From: Acidimicrobiia bacterium
GTDB taxonomy: Bacteria; Actinomycetota; Acidimicrobiia; Spongiisociales; JAENVV01
Direction: 5' to 3'
Length of the DNA: 57,557 nt
Assembly (NCBI GenBank): GCA_024637275.1
Contig: JAGXFS010000063.1
Location: forward strand, 1 to 57,557
The position numbers and the translations under genes were made by a program. This document shows positions 32,882 through 42,993 of the stretch, piece by piece. Position 1 is the first letter of the stretch. Every line of letters starts with the position of its first letter. Below the pieces are notes generated by a model. It searched no databases and was not told the origin of the DNA. It was given only the letters and a program-made list of their open reading frames with translations.

Positions 32882-34654
32882 ATGAACCCCGAAGAGACCG
32901 CCGAGAAGTCGCGCCTCAACCTCGACGTGCTCCGCCCCTACCTGGCGACCCGCCGGGGATGGTTCGCGCTCGCCGCGCTCTCCATCATTATCGGGGTTGG
33001 GCTTGAGCTGTGGATCCCTCAGATCCTGGCGGATTTCATCGACGAAGCCTTCGGTGACGTGCCGCTTAGTCAACTGGTCCGCCTCGCCACCATCTATATT
33101 GCCGCCGGGGTCGGCGCCCAGCTCATGTCGATTGCATCACGATACGTAGGGACGGCGATCGGTTGGTCCGTTGCCAACGACCTACGCATCGATGCCACCC
33201 GGCACGTCGCTTCGCTCGACCTCGACTATCACACACATACCAGTGCCGGGGCCCTCATCGAACGGGTCGACGGGGACATCGACGCGGTCGCCAAGATGTT
33301 CTCCCACTTCGCGGTCCAGGTGATCTCGGGGATCCTGCTGCTCGGCGGCATATTCGTCTTGACCTTCCGCGAGAACGTTTTGGCGGGATGGACCGTGGTC
33401 ATCTTCTCCGGGTTCGTAGTGCTCGCCATGTATTTGCTGCGCGGGTTCGCGGTGGCGGCGACCAAAGCCGAACGCGGAACGTCGGCCGAGTTGTATGGCT
33501 TCATCGAGGAACGTCTGGCGGCCATCGAAGACATCCGCGCCAACGGTGCCGGTGACCACGTTATGACAACCTTCGAAACGGTGATGCGCCGCTATTACAC
33601 GCGCTCAGTGAGTGCCTGGATAAAGCGCTCGGTCATTTGGACCACTTCTATCGGCATGTTCTCCCTCGGCACCCTGCTGGCACTGGCCGTTGGTGCTTAC
33701 CTCGTCTTTCAGGGGCAAATCACCTACGGCGTGGCGTTTCTCATCATCCAGTACATGTCGAAATTGGAAGGGCCGATTGAAGAAATCACCGATCAAATGC
33801 AGGAAGTCCAGAAAGCGGCCGCCGGACTGGGCCGGCTTCGAGAACTATTCAACCGCCAGCCAACGGTGCCTCGAGTAGGCACTTCTTCGCTGTCAACAGA
33901 CCCCCTCGAGGTCGAGTTTGCATCAGTCACGTTCGCCTATGACTCCGAGCCGGTTCTCGACGATGTTTCGTTCCGGATCGCGCCCGGCACGCACATCGGG
34001 TTGCTCGGTAGGACCGGTAGCGGCAAGAGCACGATTACCAAACTGATCGCCCGTTTCTACGATGCGTCGTCGGGCACCGTCCTTCTCGACGGGCGTCCCA
34101 TCGCTGACATCGAAGAAGCGTCGCTGCGGGCCCGGGTCGCCATGATCACCCAGGACGTGCAGCTCTTCGAAGGGTCCGTCCGCGACAACGTCGCCATGTT
34201 CGTTCCAGACCACGATGACGCGCTGATCGAGAACGCACTGAACGAGATCGGACTCGGCCAATGGCTCGCGTCTTTGCCAGAAGGCATCGACACCCATCTC
34301 GACACGGCCGGCAAGGGGCTGTCATCGGGTGAAGCCCAGTTGGTCGCACTGGCCAGGGCCTATCTCCTCGACCCCGGCCTCGTCATTCTCGACGAACCGT
34401 CGTCGCGGGTGGATCCGGCTACCGAAATCGTGCTCTCGGCCGCCCTCGACCGGCTGATCCAAGGGCGGACCGCCATCATCATCGCCCATCGTTTGGCAAC
34501 GGTGGCGCATGTCGACGAGATCATGGTTCTCGAGCACGGCCGGGTCGTCGAGCACGGCCGGCGGGCAGACCTGGCGGCTAGCCCAGATTCACTATTCGCG
34601 CACCTTCTTGAAACGGCCAAAGACGGTTTAATCCGGGACGAGGTGCAGCTATGA
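32882..34654 (+). CDS. ABC exporter, fused permease/ATPase subunit (heterodimer partner 1)
   Basis: It has a six-helix TMD. Walker A is GRTGSGKST, the signature is LSSGEAQ, and Walker B is LVILDEPSS. Confidence 0.88.
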   Translation: MNPEETAEKSRLNLDVLRPYLATRRGWFALAALSIIIGVGLELWIPQILADFIDEAFGDVPLSQLVRLATIYIAAGVGAQLMSIASRYVGTAIGWSVANDLRIDATRHVASLDLDYHTHTSAGALIERVDGDIDAVAKMFSHFAVQVISGILLLGGIFVLTFRENVLAGWTVVIFSGFVVLAMYLLRGFAVAATKAERGTSAELYGFIEERLAAIEDIRANGAGDHVMTTFETVMRRYYTRSVSAWIKRSVIWTTSIGMFSLGTLLALAVGAYLVFQGQITYGVAFLIIQYMSKLEGPIEEITDQMQEVQKAAAGLGRLRELFNRQPTVPRVGTSSLSTDPLEVEFASVTFAYDSEPVLDDVSFRIAPGTHIGLLGRTGSGKSTITKLIARFYDASSGTVLLDGRPIADIEEASLRARVAMITQDVQLFEGSVRDNVAMFVPDHDDALIENALNEIGLGQWLASLPEGIDTHLDTAGKGLSSGEAQLVALARAYLLDPGLVILDEPSSRVDPATEIVLSAALDRLIQGRTAIIIAHRLATVAHVDEIMVLEHGRVVEHGRRADLAASPDSLFAHLLETAKDGLIRDEVQL

Positions 34655-36402
34655 ACCCGTTCCCGGTTGCCTGGAGAATCTCAAAACCGTGGCCGTTCAT
34701 GTTCTGGATCAATGTCTTCCTCTGGGCGGGCTTTCACATCTTCCCGGTCATCATCGGGGTCATGGTGGGGCGGGTGTTCGACGCGCTCGACCAGGGTGAC
34801 CAGAACCTGGCCATCACGGCCCTGTGGATCTATCTAGCCGTCATCATTGGCCGACTGGTGTTGTTTCAGTCGAGCATTCTTTCCTACTCGCGCCTGTGGC
34901 ATCGCATGATCCTGCTCGTCCGCCGAAATCTGCTCGACTATCTGATGCGCGCCCCCGGGTCACGGGTCCTGCCGATGAGTACCGGAGCGGCCGTCTCGAC
35001 CTTCCGCGAGGACTCCGATCAACTCGTCGACTACGTAGAGAACCTGCTCGACTTCTTCGGTCTGGCTGGCTTCCTCGCGACGTCGATCTGGATCATGCGT
35101 TCCATATCGCCGACCCTGACCATGTGGGCGATCCTGCCGATGATCGGGGCGTTCATCGCCACCCGCGCCCTGTCAGGTCGCATCAAGATGTACCGGGAAC
35201 GCCTGCGAACATCGACTGAATCGGTGACCGGCTTCATTGGCGACTTCTTCACCGCCATCGAATCGGTGAAGGCAACCGGAACCTCTGGCCCGATGATTGA
35301 CCACCTCGCCGAACTCAACGAAGATCGCCAGCGGTCGGCATTGCGCGACACGTTCCTCGATCAGCTGGTGCGCTCGCTCAATCGCAATATGGCCAACATC
35401 TCGACCGGCCTCGTATTGCTGGCCGGGGGCTCACTCATTCAGGCCGGCCAGATCAGCATCGGGGACCTCACTGTCTTTCTCATTTATATCCCCCGTATGA
35501 CCGGCTACATGGCGTGGGGCGGCCAAATGCTCGCCCAACACTTCCGCGCCCGGGTGGCTGTTACCCGGATGATGCGCCTCATGGTCGACGCGCCAATCAC
35601 CCAGATCACCGATCCAGCGCCACTGTGGCAGGACGGCCAGCCACCGGCGCCCGCGCCAGCTGTGCTCTCTCCTGAACGTCGATTGCGTCGACTGACGGTG
35701 ACCGACCTGAGCTTCGGCTTCCCCGACGGCGACGCCCAGGGGATTCGGGAAGTCTCGTTCACGCTCGATCGAGGCTCGTTCACGGTGGTCACCGGACGGA
35801 TTGGGTCGGGCAAGACCACTCTGGTCCGGGTGTTGTTGGGGTTGCTACCGCGCGATAGTGGCGAAATTCGCTGGAACGACGAGCTCATTCGGGACCCGAG
35901 TTCGTTCCTCGTTCCGCCCCGCTCCGCCTACACACCCCAGGTGCCTCGACTCGTGTCCGACACGCTCGTGTCGAATATCACCATGGGGCGCTCCCTGGAC
36001 GAGAGCACGCTCGGCGAGGTGATCGACCTCGCCAGGATGACGACGGACCTCGGCCAACTCGAATCGGGCCTTGACACGGTGGTTGGTACGCGAGGTGCCC
36101 GCCTGAGTGGTGGCCAGGTTCAGCGCTCGGCCGCAGCTCGAATGTTCGCCACCAACGCCGACCTATTGGTCTTCGACGACTTGTCGTCGGCGCTCGACGT
36201 TCGGACCGAAGCCGAGTTGTGGAAGAGGCTATTCGAGCTGCGAGACGCGACCTGCCTGGTGGTTTCGCATCGACATCCTGCGCTACAACGTGCCGATCAG
36301 ATCATTCTCATGAAGGACGGGCGGGTCGATGACACCGGAACGCTGCAAGAATTGCTTGGTCGCAACGAAGAAATGCGGGCCCTCTGGGAGGAAACCAACT
36401 GA
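34651..36402 (+). CDS. ABC exporter, fused permease/ATPase subunit (heterodimer partner 2)
   Basis: ATGA overlap with the previous gene. Walker A is GRIGSGKTT, the signature is LSGGQVQR, and Walker B is LLVFDDLSS. Confidence 0.88.
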   Translation: MNPFPVAWRISKPWPFMFWINVFLWAGFHIFPVIIGVMVGRVFDALDQGDQNLAITALWIYLAVIIGRLVLFQSSILSYSRLWHRMILLVRRNLLDYLMRAPGSRVLPMSTGAAVSTFREDSDQLVDYVENLLDFFGLAGFLATSIWIMRSISPTLTMWAILPMIGAFIATRALSGRIKMYRERLRTSTESVTGFIGDFFTAIESVKATGTSGPMIDHLAELNEDRQRSALRDTFLDQLVRSLNRNMANISTGLVLLAGGSLIQAGQISIGDLTVFLIYIPRMTGYMAWGGQMLAQHFRARVAVTRMMRLMVDAPITQITDPAPLWQDGQPPAPAPAVLSPERRLRRLTVTDLSFGFPDGDAQGIREVSFTLDRGSFTVVTGRIGSGKTTLVRVLLGLLPRDSGEIRWNDELIRDPSSFLVPPRSAYTPQVPRLVSDTLVSNITMGRSLDESTLGEVIDLARMTTDLGQLESGLDTVVGTRGARLSGGQVQRSAAARMFATNADLLVFDDLSSALDVRTEAELWKRLFELRDATCLVVSHRHPALQRADQIILMKDGRVDDTGTLQELLGRNEEMRALWEETN

Positions 36403-36408
36403 GCCGGC

Positions 36409-37893
36409 TCAGGGAACGTAGCGGGGATGGCGACGATTGCGGTTGGCCGCGATCCGGGCGTCGGACAGTACGCCTCTCAACAGTCCAAGCGGGATAAGGC
36501 CAAGCAGTCCGAATCCCAAACCAATCGCAACGGCCGAAGCGAAGCCGTCAGCCAGCGCGGCCGCGCCAGCGGCGTCGGCGACTTCACTTCCCGCCAACAG
36601 GCCCCGCACGGCTTCGACATCGCCGAGCCGTTGGGCAACAACAAAAAGAATGACTGCGCCACCGGTGGCTGCCCCCATCGTGAATCCCAGGTTCCGGTAG
36701 AACTGATGAGCGGCCGTCGCTCGACCGCTCTCCTCCACCGCGGTGACGGACTGGAGAAGGGTCAACCCGGCGTTGGTGGCCATACCCAGGCCGGACCCAA
36801 CCAGCGTCATCGCCGCGAACACGAACGGCAGCGGCGCATCCAGCCAAGCCAGCAGTGCCACGGAGGCCAACCCGACGAGATTCAACGCAAACCCGGTCAC
36901 CATGGTCGAAGTTTCGGCCCAACGATCGAGCATCCGGCTGGAAGCATTGGAGCCAATCGTCCAGCCCACAACGAAGAAGACCACCGCCCAACCGGTCAAG
37001 CTTTGGCTGCCCCCTCTCGCCCCACGCACATAGAGCGTGAAGAAGGATTCGGCGGCTATCCCACCCGCCAACAACAGGCTGATCGACCAGGCGAGGAGCC
37101 CGAAGGGTGGATCCACCAAATGGCGGCGTTTCATCACGGGTGCTCCGTGACGTTTTGCATGCCAAAGGTACAGGGCACCGACGACCAACGCTCCTCCAAA
37201 CAGGAAACCCGAACGGCTGTCGAAAGCGTTCACGGCAAACAGCAGCAACAGGTTGAACACAAACACGATCGCCAGGCCCACCAGGTCAAGTCGACGGTCC
37301 GAACGTTCCCCTGCCGGACCAGGCATGACCCGCCATCCGGCAGCCAGCGATATCAGGCCAAACGGGACATTCACGAAGAAGATCCAATGCCATGAGGCAA
37401 ACGACAGAAGGAACGCGGCCAACGCCGGACCGGCGACACCCATAACCCCCCAGACGGTCGAGTTGGCCGCAAACGCTCTTCCCACCAGATGCTTCGGGAA
37501 GAGCAGGTTCACGCCGGCCAACCCGACGGCAATGACGCCGCCACCACCTGTTCCCTGCACGACCCGCGCCGCAATGAGCAACGGCATCGAGGTCGCCAAG
37601 CCGCCGATCAGCGAACCAACGACAAACGCCACGACTGAGACCCGGAAGATCGTTCGCAGGCCGACCGAGTCAATCAGGGCACCCGACACTACGGTCGCCA
37701 CGCCCGCCATGAGTAAGTAGATGGTGATCACCCAGGGAAGCAGTTCAAGGTTCCCAAGATCCGCTGCCAGATTCGGCAAGGCGGCTGACACACCGAGAGA
37801 ATTGAATGCCGACAGTCCGACCAGCGTAAAGATGGCCACCGAAGCGGGAAGCAGTTCGGGCGACAGGACGCTCGATGGTTTGGACTCGTTCAC
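36409..37893 (-). CDS. MFS transporter (DHA2/EmrB-like, about 14 TM helices)
   Basis: 494 aa with a highly hydrophobic repeating helix pattern. The MFS motif region is LIDSVGLRTIF. Confidence 0.8.
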   Translation of the reverse strand: MNESKPSSVLSPELLPASVAIFTLVGLSAFNSLGVSAALPNLAADLGNLELLPWVITIYLLMAGVATVVSGALIDSVGLRTIFRVSVVAFVVGSLIGGLATSMPLLIAARVVQGTGGGGVIAVGLAGVNLLFPKHLVGRAFAANSTVWGVMGVAGPALAAFLLSFASWHWIFFVNVPFGLISLAAGWRVMPGPAGERSDRRLDLVGLAIVFVFNLLLLFAVNAFDSRSGFLFGGALVVGALYLWHAKRHGAPVMKRRHLVDPPFGLLAWSISLLLAGGIAAESFFTLYVRGARGGSQSLTGWAVVFFVVGWTIGSNASSRMLDRWAETSTMVTGFALNLVGLASVALLAWLDAPLPFVFAAMTLVGSGLGMATNAGLTLLQSVTAVEESGRATAAHQFYRNLGFTMGAATGGAVILFVVAQRLGDVEAVRGLLAGSEVADAAGAAALADGFASAVAIGLGFGLLGLIPLGLLRGVLSDARIAANRNRRHPRYVP

Positions 37894-37902
37894 TCGAACA
37901 GC

Positions 37903-38361
37903 CTAGGCCCGGTGATAGGGGTGTCCTGACCGGATCATCTCGGCTCTGTAAAGCTGTTCGAGTAGGACGAGCCGGGCCAGTTCATGGGGCAAGGTGAGAT
38001 CGGACAACCGCCAGATTTCGTCAGCACGATCGAGCAGGTCGCGACTGTGACCGTCGGCCCCGCCGATCAAGAAGCTAAGTCTCGACACCGCTTGTGTTTC
38101 ATTAGCGCCGATGACCTGTGCCAGGTGCTCGGACCCGAAGCGTTTCCCGCGTTCGTCGAGAGCGACGACCCGGCCATCGGCTTGCTCCAGGAGGCTTGCC
38201 GACTCGCCAGCCTTGCGTCTGTCGGTATCGCGATCCTTGCCGTCTTTGATCTCGAGGACTTCAACAGTCGTGACGCGTTGCAGCCTATCCAAGTAGAAGG
38301 CACAGCCTTCTGCATAGAAGCCGCGCTTGATCTGGCCGACTGCGACGATCCGGTACCTCAC
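37903..38361 (-). CDS. rlmH: 23S rRNA (pseudouridine1915-N3)-methyltransferase
   Basis: 152 aa of SPOUT fold: MRYRIVAVG, LDERGK, FLIGGADG, LSDLTLPHELARLVLLEQLYRA. Confidence 0.88.
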   Translation of the reverse strand: MRYRIVAVGQIKRGFYAEGCAFYLDRLQRVTTVEVLEIKDGKDRDTDRRKAGESASLLEQADGRVVALDERGKRFGSEHLAQVIGANETQAVSRLSFLIGGADGHSRDLLDRADEIWRLSDLTLPHELARLVLLEQLYRAEMIRSGHPYHRA

Positions 38362-38403
38362 AGGCGCCAGGCTACCGGCGGCGAGCCATCCGGTGAAGTA
38401 CGG

Positions 38404-39501
38404 CTAGAGGTTCCCGCGCTCGGCCTGATCGCGTTCTATGGCCTCGAACAACGCCTTGAAGTTTCCAACCCCGAACCCGCGCGAGCCGTGCCGTTCAATC
38501 ACTTCGTAGAAGACGGTGGGTCGGTCTTGTACAGCCTTGGTGAAGATCTGCAGCAGATAGCCCTCGTCGTCCTGGTCCACGAGAACCCCGAGCTCTTGGA
38601 GCGTGTCGAGGTCCGCATCGATGGTGGTCCAATCGAGACGCTCACGCAGGTCTTCGTAGTACGTGGCCGGTGTCGAAAGAAACCGCACGCCGTTGGCGCG
38701 CATCCGTCGGACCGTTTCCACGATATCGTCTGTCGCCAGGGCCATATGTTGCACGCCTGCCGAGCCGTAGAAGTCCAGATACTCCTCGATCTGGCTCTTC
38801 TTCTTTCCCGCAGCGGGTTCGTTGATCGGCAACTTGATCCGACCGTCCCCATCCCACAGGACCTTGGACATCAACGCGGTGTAGTCGGTGGCGATCGCCT
38901 CGTCGTCGAAGTGGTGGAGTTGCGTGAAGCCCATTATGTCGGCGTAGTACTTGGCCCATCGATCCATCTGGCCGAGTTCGACGTTACACACCACGTGGTC
39001 AACGAACTGCAAACCAGTCGCCTCTGCCGGGACCTGATGGTTCGTGGGGTGGTATCCGGGCGCATAGACACCTGAATAGTTCGACCGGTCGACGAAAGTG
39101 TGGATCGTGTCGCCATACGCGGTGATGGATGCTCGTACGATCTTGCCGTGATCGTCCTCGTCGACGTACGGCTCGGCCAGCGCCTGAGCGCCCCGCTGCA
39201 CAGCAACTGCAAAGGCCTCTTCGGCGTTGGGCACCAAAAAAGCCACATCCTTGACCCCGTCCCCGTGCGTGGCCTGGTGCCGAACGATTGGCGAGTCGGG
39301 GCCAAGTCCGCCGGTGACTACGAAACGGATGCCGCCCTGCTCGAGCACATACGAACACCGATCGCGAATCCCGTGTTCAGGTCCGGCGTAGGCGGTCACA
39401 TCAAATCCGAACGCCGTTCGGTAGTAGTGGGCGGCCTGGCGAGCGTTCCCCACGTAGAACTCAATGGCGTCGTAACCGAGAATGGGCATGAGGTCAGTCA
39501 C
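38404..39501 (-). CDS. hppD: 4-hydroxyphenylpyruvate dioxygenase
   Basis: 365 aa. The two-barrel VOC fold carries HPPD motifs (VDHVVCNVE, INEPA, SQIEEYL, GVQHMAL, QIFTK, FYEVIER, GFGVGNFKALFEAIE). Confidence 0.93.
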   Translation of the reverse strand: MTDLMPILGYDAIEFYVGNARQAAHYYRTAFGFDVTAYAGPEHGIRDRCSYVLEQGGIRFVVTGGLGPDSPIVRHQATHGDGVKDVAFLVPNAEEAFAVAVQRGAQALAEPYVDEDDHGKIVRASITAYGDTIHTFVDRSNYSGVYAPGYHPTNHQVPAEATGLQFVDHVVCNVELGQMDRWAKYYADIMGFTQLHHFDDEAIATDYTALMSKVLWDGDGRIKLPINEPAAGKKKSQIEEYLDFYGSAGVQHMALATDDIVETVRRMRANGVRFLSTPATYYEDLRERLDWTTIDADLDTLQELGVLVDQDDEGYLLQIFTKAVQDRPTVFYEVIERHGSRGFGVGNFKALFEAIERDQAERGNL

Positions 39502-39618
39502 GAGTGAGGCCTTTCAGTGACGGGTCTGTAACCCGATTAATAGCCTCCCTCCCAAACTTGCGCAACAGCACGCCATAAGGCGAGGCATTTTGTATAGTTC
39601 GAAGGCTAAGATCGCCAC

Positions 39619-40113
39619 ATGGATTCGCAATCTGTACATAAGGTCGATCACCTCGATCAGCAGCTCGTGGAGTTGCTGGCGGCCGAACCGCGGCTAGCGG
39701 TCCTGGAGATGTCCCGACGCCTCGGGGTGGCCAGGGCCACAGTCCAAAGCCGCCTCGACAAACTCATCCACTCGGGAGTCATCACCGGCTTCGGACCCGA
39801 CCTCGAACCGAAGGCTCTCGGCTATGCAGTCACGGCGTTTTGTACCATCGAAATGACCCAGGGCAGGATCAGCGAAGTAGTAGAACCCCTCCGGGCTATC
39901 CCCGAGGTCGTTGAAGTGCATTCGATCGCCGGACAAGGCGACCTATTCCTGAGAATCGTTGCGCAATCCAACGATCATCTGATGGCAGTCCTTGAGACGA
40001 TCCTCCAGATCCCGCAAGTCGACCGTACATCAACGGCCATCGCCCTGGCCTGCCAGATCCCCTACCGAACGATCCCGCTTCTCGCCGGGGTTCGGGTCGG
40101 TTCTATCGTCTAG
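39619..40113 (+). CDS. Lrp/AsnC-family transcriptional regulator
   Basis: It has an N-terminal HTH (LDQQLVELLAAEPRLAVLEMSRRLGVARATVQSRLDKL) and a C-terminal RAM domain. It is divergent from hppD, which is a common arrangement. Confidence 0.88.
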   Translation: MDSQSVHKVDHLDQQLVELLAAEPRLAVLEMSRRLGVARATVQSRLDKLIHSGVITGFGPDLEPKALGYAVTAFCTIEMTQGRISEVVEPLRAIPEVVEVHSIAGQGDLFLRIVAQSNDHLMAVLETILQIPQVDRTSTAIALACQIPYRTIPLLAGVRVGSIV

Positions 40114-40117
40114 CTCA

Positions 40118-40291
40118 TCAGACTTTCGATTTTGCCGGTCCGCTGAACAGAATGGCGATACCTGCCAGGATGACGAGCGCTGGCCAGAAGAACCTCCCCT
40201 GGAGGACAATCCACCCAATGGCATCGGCGAAATAGGCGGCTCCGATCACAAAGAAAGCGCCTCCCGTGATAAAGGCTCCTGGGCTTTTCAT
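40118..40291 (-). CDS. small membrane protein (57 aa, two TM helices), not in the supplied ORF track
   Basis: The product is MKSPGAFITGGAFFVIGAAYFADAIGWIVLQGRFFWPALVILAGIAILFSGPAKSKV. The ATG overlaps the stop of the upstream LiaF-like gene (ATGA). It is shorter than the track's length cutoff. Confidence 0.55.
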   Translation of the reverse strand: MKSPGAFITGGAFFVIGAAYFADAIGWIVLQGRFFWPALVILAGIAILFSGPAKSKV

Positions 40292-40926
40292 CGTTGAATC
40301 TCCAGTTCTCCAATACCGAGTTCTGCGTTGATATGAATTGTCGGGCCAGGTCCAGCCCAGGTCCGGTCAAGGGACAATCCGACACCGTCGATCGTCCGGT
40401 TAAACACGACAAGCTTTCCGATGCCAGTTTCGGCATGCACCACAACTTTGGCGTCGCGAGGAACGATGATTCGGGCCGCCCCTACGCCCATGGTGAGCGA
40501 TACCGTCTGATCGTCGACGAAGGGGACCGTCCCCAGGTCAAGCAAGAAGTCGCCCATGCCATGTTCGTAGACCTCGCTCACGTCTGCGACAGCCGTAGGT
40601 GCTTCGCTCACCTGGCCAATTCCGCTCCACGGTCCGATGAACGAAACTGCTCCTGAGATGACCGTTGCGATGGTCAAAAGCACTCCGATGGTGACCAATC
40701 CGCCAACGTCCTGACGCCGGGCCCCGAACATGACTCCGAGACCCACCAACATCAGGGCAGCAGGAAGCAACAAACCCCAGGCAACGATGGCATCGGTCGT
40801 CAAGTCGACCATCCACCCGATACCTACCAGCACAACCAAAGCGCCGGTTATGAGCCGGCCTATTGCCATAGGCGGCGGGATCGGCAAAGGCGGCGTGACT
40901 ACCGGCCGATCTTCCAAGCCAATCAT
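40288..40926 (-). CDS. LiaF-like membrane protein (cell-wall-stress response, DUF2154-type C-terminal domain)
   Basis: The start ATG 40926 overlaps the PspC-gene stop (ATGA). The N-terminal half has TM helices. The C-terminal beta-rich domain carries GDFLLDLG, GVGAARIIVP and GIGELEI, as in LiaF/YvqF. Confidence 0.68.
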   Translation of the reverse strand: MIGLEDRPVVTPPLPIPPPMAIGRLITGALVVLVGIGWMVDLTTDAIVAWGLLLPAALMLVGLGVMFGARRQDVGGLVTIGVLLTIATVISGAVSFIGPWSGIGQVSEAPTAVADVSEVYEHGMGDFLLDLGTVPFVDDQTVSLTMGVGAARIIVPRDAKVVVHAETGIGKLVVFNRTIDGVGLSLDRTWAGPGPTIHINAELGIGELEIQR

Positions 40927-41342
40927 TTCCGACCTCCCAACATGATGAAGGCGCCAATTGCCACAAGCCCGAGCGGCCACAGGTATTCGGACAGGCCGGG
41001 CACGAACTCGGATATGAGTAGAACCGAGCCGACCGCGATGACCGTGGCACCAATGATGACCCGGCCAGCGATATTCGTGCCGCCAGGAACCGGACCAAGC
41101 ACGTCGGTTGGTTGCTCTTCAGGAATCGCAATCCAAGCGATCACGTAGAGCAACACGCCGGAACCTCCTGACAATGCCAGCAACACGAAGGCAATCCGGA
41201 GGATGACCGGATCAATTCCCAGGTAGCGGCCCAAACCGCCAGCCACACCCGCGACCACCTTGTCCGAAGTACTTCTCCTGACCCGGACAGGCTGGTGCTG
41301 CTGAGGCTCGCGAGTGTCCATCTCAAGGGCCATAAGAACCAT
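40923..41342 (-). CDS. PspC-domain membrane protein
   Basis: RRSTSDKVVAGVAGGLGRYLGIDPVILRIAFVLLAL...LLYVIAWIAIPEE is the canonical PspC domain. Confidence 0.88.
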   Translation of the reverse strand: MVLMALEMDTREPQQHQPVRVRRSTSDKVVAGVAGGLGRYLGIDPVILRIAFVLLALSGGSGVLLYVIAWIAIPEEQPTDVLGPVPGGTNIAGRVIIGATVIAVGSVLLISEFVPGLSEYLWPLGLVAIGAFIMLGGRK

Positions 41343-41438
41343 CCTTTCTCGTCAACCTCTACGGTACGGCCAACCAGCCACCGACCCCAGATGCCATTAG
41401 TCCGCGATCTACCCACGCTCGCCGAACGCTTCCCCGGG

Positions 41439-42332
41439 TCAGATAGCGCCGCTTCCCAGCTTTCGACGCGGAGTTCCAACCGCCAGCACTCCGGCAAGGG
41501 TGAGCAGACCGCCCACCGCAATCGACGGCGTTACGAGCTCACCGAGCAGGACGACGCCACCGACCAGACCGACCAGCGGAGCCAGGTACCCGGTGAGGGC
41601 CACCACCGTCGCTGACACGTGTTTGATGGCGTAGAGCGTGGCCACGAACGGCAGCAGGGTCGAGCCGAGCCCCAGCGCCACCAGCAGCGGCCAGTAGTTG
41701 GTCGGGACACTGGTTGGACGCACGCCACCAACGCTGAGACCGACGACAGCCACCACCACCAACCCGGATAAGAACATGGGGATGGCGAGCTCCGCGGTGG
41801 TGTGCATGGGAGCGAACTGACGACTGATGACACCCGACAACGACCCGGACACCACTCCACCGAAGGCGAGTCCAGCTCCGGCCAGGGCGTTCCCACCTTC
41901 GGCCAGTCCACTGTCTCCCGAGGCGACAATGACCAGGGTGCCAGCCACGCCGAGCACCAATCCGATGACTTGAGATCTCCGCAGTGTCTCCGACAAGAAG
42001 GCCCTGGCCAGGACAGCCGTAACAACCGGAGTGAGCGTTATCACGAGGGACTCAAATCCGGCAGAGATGTAATTGAGTGATCCGATGAAGAGCATCGGGG
42101 CGATCCCGATCCGCAACAGCCCGATCACCGAACCGCGCCGCCAAGCCTCCGCACCGATCTTCGTACGTACCACAAGACCGTAGGCAACGACTGCCATCGT
42201 CGCGAAGAGGACGCGAAATACGACCACTGTGAACGTGGAAGCCCCGGCTATGAAGAGAGCCCGCACCCCGACGCCGGCCAGGCCCCATCCCAGCGATGCG
42301 GCGCCCAGAGCAGCGACAGACCGCGAGTGCAT
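41439..42332 (-). CDS. EamA/DMT-family transporter
   Basis: 297 aa with ten predicted helices arranged as two EamA repeats. Confidence 0.78.
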   Translation of the reverse strand: MHSRSVAALGAASLGWGLAGVGVRALFIAGASTFTVVVFRVLFATMAVVAYGLVVRTKIGAEAWRRGSVIGLLRIGIAPMLFIGSLNYISAGFESLVITLTPVVTAVLARAFLSETLRRSQVIGLVLGVAGTLVIVASGDSGLAEGGNALAGAGLAFGGVVSGSLSGVISRQFAPMHTTAELAIPMFLSGLVVVAVVGLSVGGVRPTSVPTNYWPLLVALGLGSTLLPFVATLYAIKHVSATVVALTGYLAPLVGLVGGVVLLGELVTPSIAVGGLLTLAGVLAVGTPRRKLGSGAI

Positions 42333-42565
42333 CCGGCCACGCTAGACCAAATTCGACGAATTTATCCTAAAGTCGATGGGGTCGGATGCCGATACTGGGG
42401 TAAGCAAGCTTCTCAGCGAAGGATGCGGCGGAGATCCCCTTCTCTCGTTGCCTATCCCTTTGCAGAGACTTATGAAGAGGCTCCTTCGGGGGCCTCTTCG
42501 CATTTGGGAATGCCTCACTACCGACGTAGGTTGATTGCTGAGAGCAACCAACCGAAGGATTTTGT

Positions 42566-42940
42566 ATGAACGTCGCACTATGGGTCGTTGCTGGCCTACT
42601 CGCCGCAATATTCTTGATAGCCGGCATGATGAAGATGACGCAAGCCAAAGAGAAACTCGCTGCGAGCATGGGATGGGTCGAACACTACGAACCTCGGCAA
42701 ATCAAGCTGATCGGTCTCCTCGAAACCCTGGCAGCCATCGGGTTGATCGTGCCGGCTTTGACTGGGATCCTCCCGATCTTGACGCCACTGGCCGCCATCG
42801 GGATTGCCCTGGTCATGGTCGGCGCAATGGCCCGCCATTTGAGCCGCGGAAACGAAACCCCGATGGTCGCCATGAACATGGCGTTCCTTCTCATGGCCCT
42901 GTTCGTGGCCTGGGGCCGATTCGGCGACTACGCCTTCTGA
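42566..42940 (+). CDS. DoxX-family membrane protein
   Basis: 124 aa with 4 TM helices. The N-terminus (LWVVAGLLAAIFLIAGMMKM) and KLIGLLETLAAIGLIVP match the DoxX-like pattern. Confidence 0.7.
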   Translation: MNVALWVVAGLLAAIFLIAGMMKMTQAKEKLAASMGWVEHYEPRQIKLIGLLETLAAIGLIVPALTGILPILTPLAAIGIALVMVGAMARHLSRGNETPMVAMNMAFLLMALFVAWGRFGDYAF

Positions 42941-42993
42941 TCCACCCTCGATCGGCATTCTGATCGTTGATCGATAGGTCGTAGTCTGACCAC

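Noticed and set aside
40110-40445. 111-aa ORF on the minus strand overlapping the end of the LiaF-like gene.
   Set aside because: It is out of frame with the well-supported LiaF-like C-terminal domain, and its sequence is Cys/Arg/Ser-rich. The region is better explained by the LiaF-like gene plus the coupled 57-codon membrane ORF.
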